Assembly (NCBI GenBank): GCA_040437565.1
Contig: JBDOQK010000019.1
Coordinates: forward strand, 372,001-436,000
Reading direction: 5' to 3'
Source of the DNA: Albugo candida
Lineage: Eukaryota
Length of the DNA: 64,000 bases
Of the stretch, positions 11,103 to 22,465 are shown in pieces. The notes beneath the pieces were generated by a model. The model did not search any database and was not told the DNA's origin. It saw only the letters and a list, made by a program, of their open reading frames with translations. Made by a program: the position numbers and the translations under genes. Every line of letters starts with the position of its first letter. The stretch's first letter is position 1.

Positions 11103-12292
11103 TTAATCGAAAGGACCATCGTCTAACGCACCTCCGAGCAGTAAACCACCGAGTAAGCCAGCACCAGCTCCCATCGCCATTCCAGCTCCACTTCCACCGC
11201 CACCGAACCCGCTTTTTTGTTTACGAGGAGCATAGGCGTACCCTTGCGTTGGAGCTTGAACGTAACCATGAGATGGGGCTTGAGCGAATCCTTGAGGTGG
11301 AGCTTGAGTGTACCCCTGAGGTGGTACCTGAGCGTACCCTTGAGGTGGTATCTGAGCGTACCCTTGAGGTGGTACCTGAGCGTAACCATGAGGTGGAGCT
11401 CCATATGCAGGAGGTGGAGCACCATATGCGCCAGCTGGAGGTGCTGCATAGACGGATGGGGGAGCAGGATACGCTGGAGGAGCAACCTGTTGTCCACCAT
11501 AAGGTTGTGGTGGGCCGTACTCATGTGAAGGATATTGCTGAGGATAAGATGGATTTCCATATAGTGGTGGTGCGTTGTTGTACGGAGCCTGCTGAGGAAA
11601 ATGACCAGATCCTGGATAGCCTTGATGCGGCATGGAATTGGAGTGAGGTACTGTTGCGGGCGGAGCACTAGCATGCGGTACTGCTTTTGCTAATTTGATA
11701 ACGTGACGATAGCATTTTATGATACTGCAAAAGTAAAAAGAGGGCGTACCGTGAGCACCCTTATTCGGTTCATTCATCGCTTTGCAAGGTTTGGAAGCAG
11801 GCAAGTTGCCGTTGGATGTTGCACCAAGCAATTGCAACCTCAGATTGATTTTACCGGCAGAACTCGTACCATTTTTGAGTGGATACCACTGATCCACGAC
11901 GTCACCGTGCAGCAGAGTGTTGAGTGGAATGAACGTATCACCGATAAACGCGCTGTATTGATAACAACAGAAGCTCAGCGAGATTGATAGTATTGATAGT
12001 GTACAGTATACCTTGATGTAAACGTTTTATCCTTCACTTCAATACGCAGTTGTCCCTTTTCTATATCGTAAGCCTGAAATTGGAACTTCTCATTCCAATA
12101 AGGCGTTTTGTCTGCAAACTATGTTATATTGGAAATAATAAGTGAATCTGTCCACGTACGTCCGTTATCATGAACACGCGTTTTGAACGTTTGACAGCCT
12201 AGTGATAGCACACAGAACGGGTCTTGTTTTCCGAATGTTTGCACGACTTTCAAGTCCTGTGCACTCACTGCGCGCACGTGCAATTCAACCAT
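11103..12292 (-). CDS. C2-domain protein with Pro/Gly/Tyr/Gln-rich tail and Gly-rich hydrophobic C-terminus (SRC2-like architecture), multi-exon
   Basis: MVELHVRAVSAQDLKVVQTFGKQDPFCVL...KTRVHDNG, DQWYPL...GKINLRL; tail GAGMAMGAGAGLLGGLLLGGALDD. Confidence 0.85.
11250..11400 (-). repeat. Coding 24-nt tandem repeat (PPQGYAQV-type octapeptide, ~6 copies)
   Basis: Unit GAGCGTACCCTTGAGGTGGTACCT and variants on the + strand. Confidence 0.9.
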
Positions 12293-12390
12293 TGTGAACG
12301 TGAACGTGTAAGGGTAGTGCAGAAAGAGTGCGGTTCAACGAATTTTTATTATAAAAGAAAAGGGCAGTGCGAGAACATATTCCTCGTGTG

Positions 12391-12399
12391 CTGATTGGT
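12391..12399 (-). promoter_or_regulatory. CCAAT box upstream of the C2 gene
   Basis: ACCAATCAG on the minus strand ~100 bp upstream of the ATG at 12292. Confidence 0.4.
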
Positions 12400-12425
12400 G
12401 ACAAACAAGAGCACGTATTCGTGTC

Positions 12426-14784
12426 TCACGCCGGTAATTGACTTAATGCTCGATTTGCGAAATACTGTACATCTTCGTCTTTATCTTGTAGCAACGCACT
12501 TAATGACGGCCGCACTTTGTGTTCGAGCGCTTCTGCGTCCACTTTTTTGCTCACACACTCCAAAGTTTTGGCGACATTGAATCGAACATTGGGAACCGGA
12601 TCCTACACAATTGACATTTTAAACTTGACAGCCGAAAACAAATGATCGCATTACCTCAGCTAAACCGGTTATGACTGCAATGACCGAGCTCTGAATCATT
12701 TCCGAGGTTAGGAAATCCGAGAGAGCTTTAATAGCCGATAATGAAGTAAGTCGATGCAGATGATTCGTACTCGTTTGCATTTCCACAATCTTTGGAAAGA
12801 TGTGGCCAATAGCCCAGTCCATACCAAACGTTTCAGTAAGTTTTCTGAGATTCTCAGTCGCGGCATCTGATCAAACTCAATTAATGTGTGACGAAAAGAA
12901 ATAGAAAGTTCATCTTCTCACCTCGAATTGAAAACACGCTGTCTAGCAACCAGGACATGCATAATACAGATAGATTCTCTTCATAGTACTCCCGACCAAG
13001 TTGCGCTGCAATCAGCGGGATATACTGAATGATGGCCGAACGCACTCGCCATTGTCGATCTTCCGAAAGATGAACGATAGCGGGAAGCAAAGACTGCGAG
13101 AGTAATTCGATTCCAATGACCTACGATAAGTGCATTTGTGATGTGACAATATTTTTCGAAGTTTCAATTCTCACTTGATTGCCTTCTTCCAAATTGGATA
13201 TCACATTTAATCGGACCTCTGAGTTCTGATCGTTGAGTAGCTACACGCCAAAGTAAACGAGTAATTACGTTAATAGGCGTTGTTTTTCACTATATTTGCA
13301 ATAACAGCACCATGAAAAAAAGTGGCAGTATATGTTCGATAGTCAAATCGCGGCCCAGAATTGGAGAAAGCTTCATCAAGATAGAGCCGAGTGCTGAGCG
13401 AACATGATCGGATGTATCATTTGCCAGAGTCTGGAAACATGGAATAATCCTCTCGACGATCAGAGACGGTTTTAGTACAGCGCAAACAGCCACCGCCTAT
13501 ATAATACCAAAATTAATCATACTCTCTACAAGGGCGTGAATGTCGTACCTTTGACGCTGCGACCGTGCGGACTTCTGATTCCGTGTCTCTCAGAAAGCTG
13601 ACAAAGCAATCGCACAGAGTCAAGTCGATACTTTCGGAATAAACGATTTCCGAGAATTCTGCAAATCGATTGGCGACCGACCATCGAACCCGCCACGATG
13701 TATCTCGTGCGATTGCAATGACAACGGGAAAGATTTGGGACGTCAAAACATCGGATGGAACTACTTTGGCCAGAGCAACTGCGCTTTCTATCGAGTGAAT
13801 TCGAACGGAATCTTGCTTGTCTTGTGCGAGTTGAAGGAATAGCGGTAGCATTTCGCAAACGACAAAAGCCGGCTCGACCTACAAAGCGCGGGTGAGCCCA
13901 GAGCCGTAAGAATGTTGATGCCTATAATATACCACAAGAACGAAATCCTTTAATGCTGCCACAGCTGCCTTGCGGACCATCGGTGTGTCATCTTTACAAA
14001 GTTGACCAAACATGTTGCGAAGTTCTGCTTGGACCTCAGAGCTCACTTTTGGATACCCGATGACAAAGAGACTACAGACAGCGATCCGAGAAGTGAACCT
14101 ATAATAACGTGCAGAAATCGATCATAAGGGGAAATCGAAATCGAGAATCAAAATGAACCAATCGCGAGTCACGAGACGCCGGAGTACTGCAACAAAATGA
14201 GTGGAAACGTGTTCCTTTGGCATCTGGTCTACAACGCTGCAGATGGCTTTGACAGCCTAGATACAAAGCTGAGGACTTGACATGCTTACAAAGTACGTGA
14301 GTGGACGCACCATGTCACGCACACTGGCTTCATCCACCGTCGCTAACGCCTCCAGAGGAGTCAGAAGAAGATGCGCATAATCGTTCCCTCCGACGACATC
14401 AACAAATTTTCCGAGTTCTTCCGCCATTACAAGCAATACTTCATCCTCATCGTCGAGTGAGTCTGTATATAACGATGTAACAAACCGTCGATTTGTTGTT
14501 AAATATTTCACACCGTTTAAGAACGCGAGAAGTTCATCGCGAGTTCGTTCTGGACCCAGAGCTACCGCTAAAAAAGAGTGTGAATGCGATCATAATTCTG
14601 TTAGAAGCAAGCAAAGTTGTGCACCAATGACATGAATCCTGGAGATTGAGTTTAGACGAATTTGCACGTCTTCGTGCTTGAGCTCATCAACAAGGATAGC
14701 AATCGGATATAAACTGTCATCTGCCATATAGATTCTAGCAGAAGTTATAATAGGGTGGTAAGATAAATTACCGTTGCTGCTCAT
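12426..14784 (-). CDS. PPP2R1A: Protein phosphatase 2A scaffold (A/PR65) subunit, HEAT repeats, many introns
   Basis: [80 protein letters not shown]. Start is either MSSN at 14784 plus an intron, or the ATG at 14727. Confidence 0.95.
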
Positions 14785-14972
14785 TTTTATGATTGAGGAG
14801 ATACTATCGAGCAATTTGAAGTAAGTGACTCCCAACTCGTGGGATTTTTGCGACTCTCACCGTAATTTACAGCAATCGCAATTAATCTAAAATGCCTACT
14901 TTGTACGCGGTACTATGACGGCTTAGCTTGGTTGACTGTATGAAACAAAAACGACTCATGCTGAAAGGAACG

Positions 14973-14982
14973 AACCAATCAG
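14973..14982 (+). promoter_or_regulatory. CCAAT box in the PP2A-A/PTPA divergent promoter
   Basis: AACCAATCAG matches the NF-Y consensus, ~40 bp upstream of the PTPA ATG. Confidence 0.5.
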
Positions 14983-15020
14983 AACACACAACAGTGAGGC
15001 ATTATCTACCGATTTGATCA

Positions 15021-16318
15021 ATGATTGATTTCGAGAAACCTAAAAGAGCGATTTTCCAAGAGAATGAGCTGCGTATATTTATCAATTCAAAACCTTATGA
15101 GATGATCCTACTTTTTGTGCGTCATTTAAGTGCAAGTGTCAAGGGTTTACAAATATCAAGCGAGTATCCGATTTCCACCGTACCGTCACAACGCGCATTA
15201 TTAAATTATACGAAAGGTTCACTTTTGCTATCGATGCAAATGAATTCTAGAACGTGCAAAAAGCTGTTACAATACTTGATAAGATCAACCGATGGATTGA
15301 TGATATTCCACCGGTGCAGCAACCAATGCGTTTCGGCAACAAAGCATTTCGTACTTTCCTAGACCGACTTAACGAGGTGCGTTTTATGCAACTTCATTTT
15401 CCATAAGTGTTCACACTGCATGCAGAACTCGATGACACTCCATAAAGAATTATTACCCGAAGAATTCCACCCCGCCATCGTCGAACTGGAAACGTACTTA
15501 AACGAAAGTTTCGGCAACGCTGTGCGTATCGATTACGGAACCGGTCACGAAACCAATTTTATAGTTTGGTTGGGTACGTTTTAAGCCACGTGACTCGCTC
15601 TTTATAACATTCTACAATTTTATTGACTAGTATGTCTACACAAACTCGGTTTCTTACGTCAAGAAGATTTTCCGGCGATTGTGCTTCGAGTCTTCACTAC
15701 ATATCTTGCTATCATGAGGCGTTTGCAAACAATCTATATGCTGGAACCCGCTGGATCCCACGGTGTTTGGGGCTTGGACGATTACCATTGTCTTCCTTTT
15801 TACTTTGGGGCTTCACAACTTATCGGTACTCTGTCACCTGCTTCAAGTTGACAAAATGTAACTTCAAATGAACAGGTCAAAATGATATATTGCCAAGCTC
15901 TGTTCATGATGATGCTATATTGGATTCGAAACGAGATGAGTACTTGTACTTGGATGCTATCAAGTTTATCAAGAAGGTTAAAAGCAGTTCCGCATTTGCT
16001 GAAACTTCGCCGATGCTGAACGATATCAGTGGGGTTGCTTCATGGGAGAAAATCAACACAGGAATGCTCAAGCTTTATGAGGGAGAAGTACTGAAGAAAT
16101 TACCGGTAATTCAGCATTTGCTATTTGGTAGCATGTTGCCTTGCACATGGACATTTACACAGAAGCAATGCAATGAAGAAAGGTCGTTTGCTGGTAGGAG
16201 TCGAGACTTTTGTGCCTCTACAAATATCCAAAATCCTATCAAAGCTACAGCTAGCAATACTCAGGACCCTAGCATAAAACCTGGTTCATTGCAAACAAAG
16301 AATTCACCTTGTGTTTAG
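15021..16318 (+). CDS. PTPA: Phosphotyrosyl phosphatase activator (PP2A activator), multi-exon
   Basis: [97 protein letters not shown]. Confidence 0.95.
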
Positions 16319-17520
16319 GCAACCAAAACGCCTGTCTAGGAATCATATTTGTAGAATGGGTCTATTTGAAAACATGCTAGTGCGTCAGTCATTCCTCTAT
16401 GGAATTGCATCAGTTTCACCTGATTAAAATTTCATTTGATTAATGACCAATGCTTGTTTACTTGTTTTGTACGTGCGGTTCGAAATCGTAATTGAATTGA
16501 GATGTACTGTTATATGCAGCTGAGGAGTTGCTTGTTCTAGGATCATACCGTAGCGAAGATCATAATTGAAAAATCCGACCCTAGTTCATCATTTTTGATC
16601 TATGGTACGCCTTACCCTGATAAAGATTCCGTATTCTTTATGGTATGATTGAGTATTAAAGGTACCATTTCATAAATGAGACACACGCAAGTGTGCTTTT
16701 TACCGAACGTGAACCGACTTTTTACAGATGGACAACTCGTGTATGAACTATAGACTTCATGCAAATTATAGCGCACTTTTGTATCGTAATTGCACGTTTC
16801 ATTCCGAATAAGAAACCTGTATGTCTAATGATATGATAAGTTTGGGTAGAAGAAAGTTATCGGACCCTCACTTGCGTGCCGATCGACAGTAAGATCTTTA
16901 TAATTGCACACGTTTTCCACTTGGTTTTGAAATATCTTGAGTCGCCCGTTCTTTTCGCTTTATGATGCTTTTACGGAACTTTATTTGTTACTATAGTGTA
17001 TAGTGTAAACATCCAGAACAGCGTCTTGAAATCTTTTCATGACCATGATAACCTATCCAACAGTACAACAGTAGGATACATTTAGTTAGAGTATAAATTC
17101 CGATTAGTACTCTAAGCGTCTTTCGCTTTTAACTCGAAGATCTGCGACATACTTTTGAGGTCCAACATTTGGCACTATCATCCTTACATACATACTTCTA
17201 GTCTAAATATCCAGTTCACAAACAAACACGGTGGCTTACTTTCAGATGCGCGCTAGTAAGAATGTAGAGCAGGTAACATGCTGCTCTTGCATTTTGCCTT
17301 AAATCTTATGCTAAATCCTTTTTTGTCCTAGAATTCGGAAAGGTGGCATTCACATTCGTCCAAATTTGCATTAGCAAACATACTCAACAGAAGTGTGCCG
17401 AGTTCAGGACCATGCTCTGGCCTGTTTCCCTGCAGTCGAATCTCAAAAGAATCAATCATACGTTACTCTAACAACCTTGCGTCCATATCACATTCACCTG
17501 AGAGGTCCATCGCACAAGGT

Positions 17521-18042
17521 ATGGCCACTCTGACGAAACACCGACTATCGACCAGAAAATTATACTCCGAGATGGACTCATCTTCATCCAGTGCGTCCTC
17601 AAGCATTCCTTCGGTGGATGACGATCATAATATACAGAATGATGATGGATGCCCTGGTATACGCGGTGGTCGATGGGATGCCGATGAACATGACCGGTTC
17701 TTACAAGGTTTCCGGTTGTACGGTCATAAATGGAAACGTGTGCAGCAGATCGTACAAACTCGGTCTGTCACTCAAGTGCGAACGCACGCTCAAAAGTATT
17801 TATTACGGTTGTCAAAAATGAAAAATGATCGTCGTCGACCGTGTGCAAGTTTAGTTACAAATGGTTCGAGTTATGATGGAAACGGGAGTGATGACATGCG
17901 TGGAATTTCATTTGGAGACAGCATGGAGCCAGTCGACACGAGAGAGGAACCGTCGGTTCTTAAATGTAAGAGTGTAACCAGGTGGAGTGACATTGCAGAA
18001 GCAGCCAATACATTATGCTATCTAATGCGGCAGGAGCAGTAG
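17521..18042 (+). CDS. Single-repeat Myb transcription factor, SHAQKYF class
   Basis: GRWDADEHDRFLQGFRLYGHKWKRVQQIVQTRSVTQVRTHAQKY. Confidence 0.9.
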   Translation: MATLTKHRLSTRKLYSEMDSSSSSASSSIPSVDDDHNIQNDDGCPGIRGGRWDADEHDRFLQGFRLYGHKWKRVQQIVQTRSVTQVRTHAQKYLLRLSKMKNDRRRPCASLVTNGSSYDGNGSDDMRGISFGDSMEPVDTREEPSVLKCKSVTRWSDIAEAANTLCYLMRQEQ

Positions 18043-18404
18043 TGTTTGTATGGATATGGCTTCATTCACCACCGTGCCAAGAATTTGGAACATTAATCAC
18101 GGTATACACCTGACTTGACGTCGTTTTTGCGGTGAGAACATAGCAAGTGAGTGCAAAGACAGAGCTCACCCCTCTTTCACTATCGCATTGCTTATATTGT
18201 ATATATATATATTTGAACTTTCATGTAAAATGCTTCCTCACAGATCATCTCTACGTTAGTCAGTTGCTCGTATAGTTGACGTATACGTCCGGCTGATTGA
18301 CACTCTTTACTCCTCATCGACGGGCAGCACCGTATCTCGCAATAGTCGTGCTGTGCCAATCATTTCACAATCATTCCTTATCGATCCTTTACGCATTCAT
18401 TCGA

Positions 18405-20486
18405 ATGGAATTCTGTCAACTTCAACCTCCGCTTTGTCAAGCACTTTTAGACGTTGTGCAGGCGCTTGGATTCACACACACAACACCCGTTCAATCCTCC
18501 ACAATTCCTCACTTTTTAACCGGCAAAGATGTCTGTGTGAACGCATGCACAGGAAGCGGGAAAACTTTAGCATTCATACTTCCCTTAGCTCAAACTCTGT
18601 ATACTAAAATCCTAAACAGCAAAAGTATTCACATACCTTCCGAAAATTGCAATAGTAACCCAAAAGTAGTCGCCATGATTTTATCGCCTACCAGAGAGCT
18701 CGCCAAGCAGATTCATTCATTGAGCGAGCAATTCTTTGCACGTGTATTACCGCAAGTGTTTACTGGTCTCTTTGTTGGTGGAAATTCGACGGAAATGGAT
18801 GTCCAAAAAATTATCAATGAGACAGCGGGAAAATGTCTCGTTATGGTGGGCACCCCGGGACGGGTCCTCGATATCTGGAAGCGGTTTCAAAAGAGAAACA
18901 CACCTCTGAATGTCGAAGACTTTGAGATGCTGATCCTTGATGAGGCCGATACGCTGCTGGATTTAGGATTCAAGCAGGAAATTGACCAAATTCTTCAATA
19001 TGTACCGAAACAGAGAAGAACAGGGCTATTCTCGGCCACGCAAACACAAGAAGTGAGAGATTTGGCTCGAGCTGGGCTCCGTAATCCTATTGTGATCACC
19101 GTGCAAGTGGAATCTGGAAGCCATCAGGTCATCCCAACAACGCTGAATAACTACTACGTGGTTGTGGAACACGATCAGAGATTTTCAGTGCTGGTCAAGT
19201 TTTTGTCGGATGCTTTTGGGATGCGAAACTCGATGAGCAATGGAAAAACCGTACTGAATGAATTCAAGTGTATTGTCTTCCTTTCAACATGTGCAGCGGT
19301 CGACTTTTTTGGAACCATTTTAAAGCATCTGCCCAATTTTCGAGACGTGCTGAACGGTACAACTGGCGATATTGTATTGTTACATGGGAAAATGGTGCAG
19401 AAGAAACGTGTCAGCAACTACAAGCGATTCCAAGAGACCAAATCAGGTGTTTTGATATGTACCGATGTCGTGGCAAGAGGTATTGATCTACCAGACGTGG
19501 AGTGGATTCTGCAGTACGATCCGCCTCAAGATCCCAATTTCTTTGTCCATCGGATTGGTCGTACAGCACGTGCTGGACGTACTGGGAACGCATTATCGTT
19601 TATCTCACAAAAAGAAGACGTGTACATCAATTATTTGCGTATTCGCAAAGTACCGTGTGAAGATTTACCTGAATCTTTTGGGCTCAGGTCACTGGAAGTA
19701 GTGGAAGATATCCTTCCCACTGTCAAGACGCTAATCACTCAAGACCGTGATTTTCTGGAGAAAGGAACCAGAGCTTTCATCGCATTTGTTCGCTCGTACA
19801 AAGAACATCAATGCCAATTTATCTTTCGCTTCCAGGATCTGGATTTAGGTCGTGTTGCCCGTGGCTTTGCTTTGCTTCAATTACCAAAAATCAAGGAGTT
19901 CCGAAAGTACAAAATCTCACTGGAACCTGTAAAGGATATCGACATATCACAAATCAAATTTAAAGACAAAGCGCGAGAGAAAGAGCGTCAGAAAAAACTT
20001 GTAGAGTATGCTAAACTCCGAGCAGAACGGAAACCTCACGAAGAGCTACCAGTCTTTCAGAAAGAAAAGGGCAAGATGACGAAGAATCCAAGACGAAGAG
20101 AGAAGAAGAAGGGCTTGCATCAACAAATTGTGGACGAATGGGACGAATTAGCAGAGGAAGAACGGATGTACAAGAAACTGAAACGAGGCAAGATCACTGA
20201 AGACGATTACGAGCAAGTCTTACTCTGTAAGAAGGCAACAAATGATCAAGTGAATGAAGATTTGGAAACGGAAACGATAGAAGGTGCGTTGATGGAATCA
20301 AAGGGAAAGAAACGCACACAGGAACTTCCCGAGCAAGTGAAAAAACGATTCGAAGCTCGACAACAACTTAAGAAGAAAACGTCAGCTCAACATCTCGAAG
20401 CACAAAAGCGGGAACTACGCATTCGACAGCGTAAAAGAATGAGGCTACAGATGAAACAGAATCAAAAGGCACAACGAAGACGTTGA
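18405..20486 (+). CDS. DDX55: DEAD-box RNA helicase DDX55/Spb4
   Basis: ACTGSGKT, SPTRELA, GTPGR, DEAD, PKQRRTGLFSAT, HRIGRTAR, AFVRSYKEHQCQFIFR and a basic C-terminal tail. Confidence 0.93.
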   Translation: MEFCQLQPPLCQALLDVVQALGFTHTTPVQSSTIPHFLTGKDVCVNACTGSGKTLAFILPLAQTLYTKILNSKSIHIPSENCNSNPKVVAMILSPTRELAKQIHSLSEQFFARVLPQVFTGLFVGGNSTEMDVQKIINETAGKCLVMVGTPGRVLDIWKRFQKRNTPLNVEDFEMLILDEADTLLDLGFKQEIDQILQYVPKQRRTGLFSATQTQEVRDLARAGLRNPIVITVQVESGSHQVIPTTLNNYYVVVEHDQRFSVLVKFLSDAFGMRNSMSNGKTVLNEFKCIVFLSTCAAVDFFGTILKHLPNFRDVLNGTTGDIVLLHGKMVQKKRVSNYKRFQETKSGVLICTDVVARGIDLPDVEWILQYDPPQDPNFFVHRIGRTARAGRTGNALSFISQKEDVYINYLRIRKVPCEDLPESFGLRSLEVVEDILPTVKTLITQDRDFLEKGTRAFIAFVRSYKEHQCQFIFRFQDLDLGRVARGFALLQLPKIKEFRKYKISLEPVKDIDISQIKFKDKAREKERQKKLVEYAKLRAERKPHEELPVFQKEKGKMTKNPRRREKKKGLHQQIVDEWDELAEEERMYKKLKRGKITEDDYEQVLLCKKATNDQVNEDLETETIEGALMESKGKKRTQELPEQVKKRFEARQQLKKKTSAQHLEAQKRELRIRQRKRMRLQMKQNQKAQRRR

Positions 20487-20498
20487 GATCTGTCCCGC

Positions 20499-22360
20499 TC
20501 AGTTCTTAATTCGATCATAATTCTGGAAGCTTGCTGGATGATCGCTACATCTCTTTAACGTGCGACGCAAGACATTCATTATGGAAAAATCGACTTTATA
20601 GCGTGTGAACAGCTCGATACTCGTCTCCATCACCTTCCTTGCTCGCCGAATATCGACATAATCAGCCAACTTTTCCAGAAGTGCTGCAGCGTGACGGTGA
20701 AGTAATGCGTCAAATACAAATCTCTCCATACTCGCAACTGCGATGTCGACGGCCTCGTTTTGAACACTTGTGGTACTCAAGAGCACATTATTCAGTCTCA
20801 CAGGAGCTTGCAAACTCTGAGCAAGAATCTCGAATCCAATTCTCTGTATTGCGGCTATCGCCTCATTCCTCTCCATCACATGAAGCACACCAACGATATT
20901 GGACGATTCAAAGGCATTTTTGACAGTATCAAAGTATGTGGTGACCGTTGTGTACGATCGTGTACGAATCGGCGTACTCTCTGGAGACCACATACTCCAT
21001 CCGCCAGCATTTGCTGCTCGGAAACGAACTACCACACTCGTGTCATTGGCAAGTCCGTGGAATGTCAATTGAGTCGATAAGATTTGGTTCTTGCGCCCCA
21101 CTTGCTCATAAGTGGATCGCTGCAGTCCACCAGCTTGCTTCCAATCATGTTGTAGCCCCTGAAATGCACGACCCGTACGCCGATATTGCAACTGATACGC
21201 GAGAATGGCTGGTGGTTTTGTTCGATTCGACGATACTTTAGATGGAGTGTGGTCCCATGAAACTGTGATACTTCGAGCTGTGACTTGGATCGGGATGACT
21301 GCGTTTGCTATCGTCGATGGAGGATCTACATCGATGCTCACGTGTCACTTATCTCGTCGAGTCATTACAAACCTCACCTGGAAGCATTCCAATGACAAAT
21401 CGTTGCTTCCTGTCTCCGTGGATGCGGATGCACTCACACGCTCTCTTAACTGCGGAAGAAACAATCGCTTCTCTTTGTTGGACAGATTGTGCCAACATGT
21501 CCATCAAATATGCGCAGAAATGATCGCTTGTGATGGAAGAGATGTTCTCGAAACCAACGACATCGACAATCGCCCCTTTGAATGCGTCAAAGATACGCTC
21601 AAGAAAAATATTGACACCACATTCATCGTCCATCATTCGGCAGTACTCCACGATGAGCACATTTCTGTCATTCGATACGGCTTGCATTTGGCGGTACAAA
21701 GCGCTGGCAAAGTCTTTTTCCATCGTTTTGTGCGGAAAGTATCGCACTTGTACGTCAATTTCGACGGCGACACACATTTGCAATGCCAGCAATTTGTTCG
21801 AACAAGGAATCGCTATTCAAGAAGTCAGACAGTCAGCTTTCACGAAATGACACACAACCTTGGAGATACGTTGCCAATTCCGTCGTGTGAATTGCTGTAT
21901 GACGAAGCTCATCGACACTATCGATGCGACTCTGACGGAAAAGGATATACTCGCCGTGGTAGCGTCCACCAAGCACACGAGCAGTTTGTGCCTGGAAACA
22001 ACGTCAAATGCGATTTGGAGAATGAAAGTATCTTACAACAAAGCAGCAGAAAAAAGTTAAAGGCTGCTCGCGTTGTCTCGTCAGATTTTTGTCGATTTGA
22101 AGCGGAAGCTCATTCATCGCATTTCGAAATTCAATGATCGATGGATTTAATAGCAAGCGCGATCCTCGACGCATAAATTTGGCGTACGTTGTGTCGATCA
22201 AAATATCAAACAGTTTACTGGCAGTGGTATCGTAAGACTTTGGAAACGATGACGCATGCTGACTCAATGACGACACCACGATCAATGCGAAACACGGAAT
22301 CCGCTCGATTCCGATTGTGGGCTTACCTTCAGACAAAGTAAGTTTCGAGTCATTTTGCAT
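20499..22360 (-). CDS. Uncharacterised protein with a fibronectin type III domain flanked by helical (ARM-like) segments, multi-exon
   Basis: SITVSWDH...ILAYQLQYR...LTFHGLANDTSVVVRFRAANAGGWSMWS (FN3); upstream ORFs 21349-21792 and 22004-22432 joinable by short GT-AG introns; 5' end uncertain. Confidence 0.6.
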
Positions 22361-22465
22361 CGCTCCCGAGAGAAATGATACGACAGAAATAGAACAACGG
22401 AAGCAATGGCAATGGGATGTGAGTATTCTCATTCAAATTGTTATCACAGCTACAAGTCGAGCCGT

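Noticed and set aside
10931-11674. Overlapping repetitive ORFs in other frames (LEVVPERT, LRWYLSVP, LRYHLKGT)
   Set aside because: Alternative-frame readings of the 24-nt coding repeat in the C2 gene
21205-22137. 310-aa plus-strand ORF
   Set aside because: Antisense to the FN3 gene exons with no recognisable motifs; likely a shadow ORF
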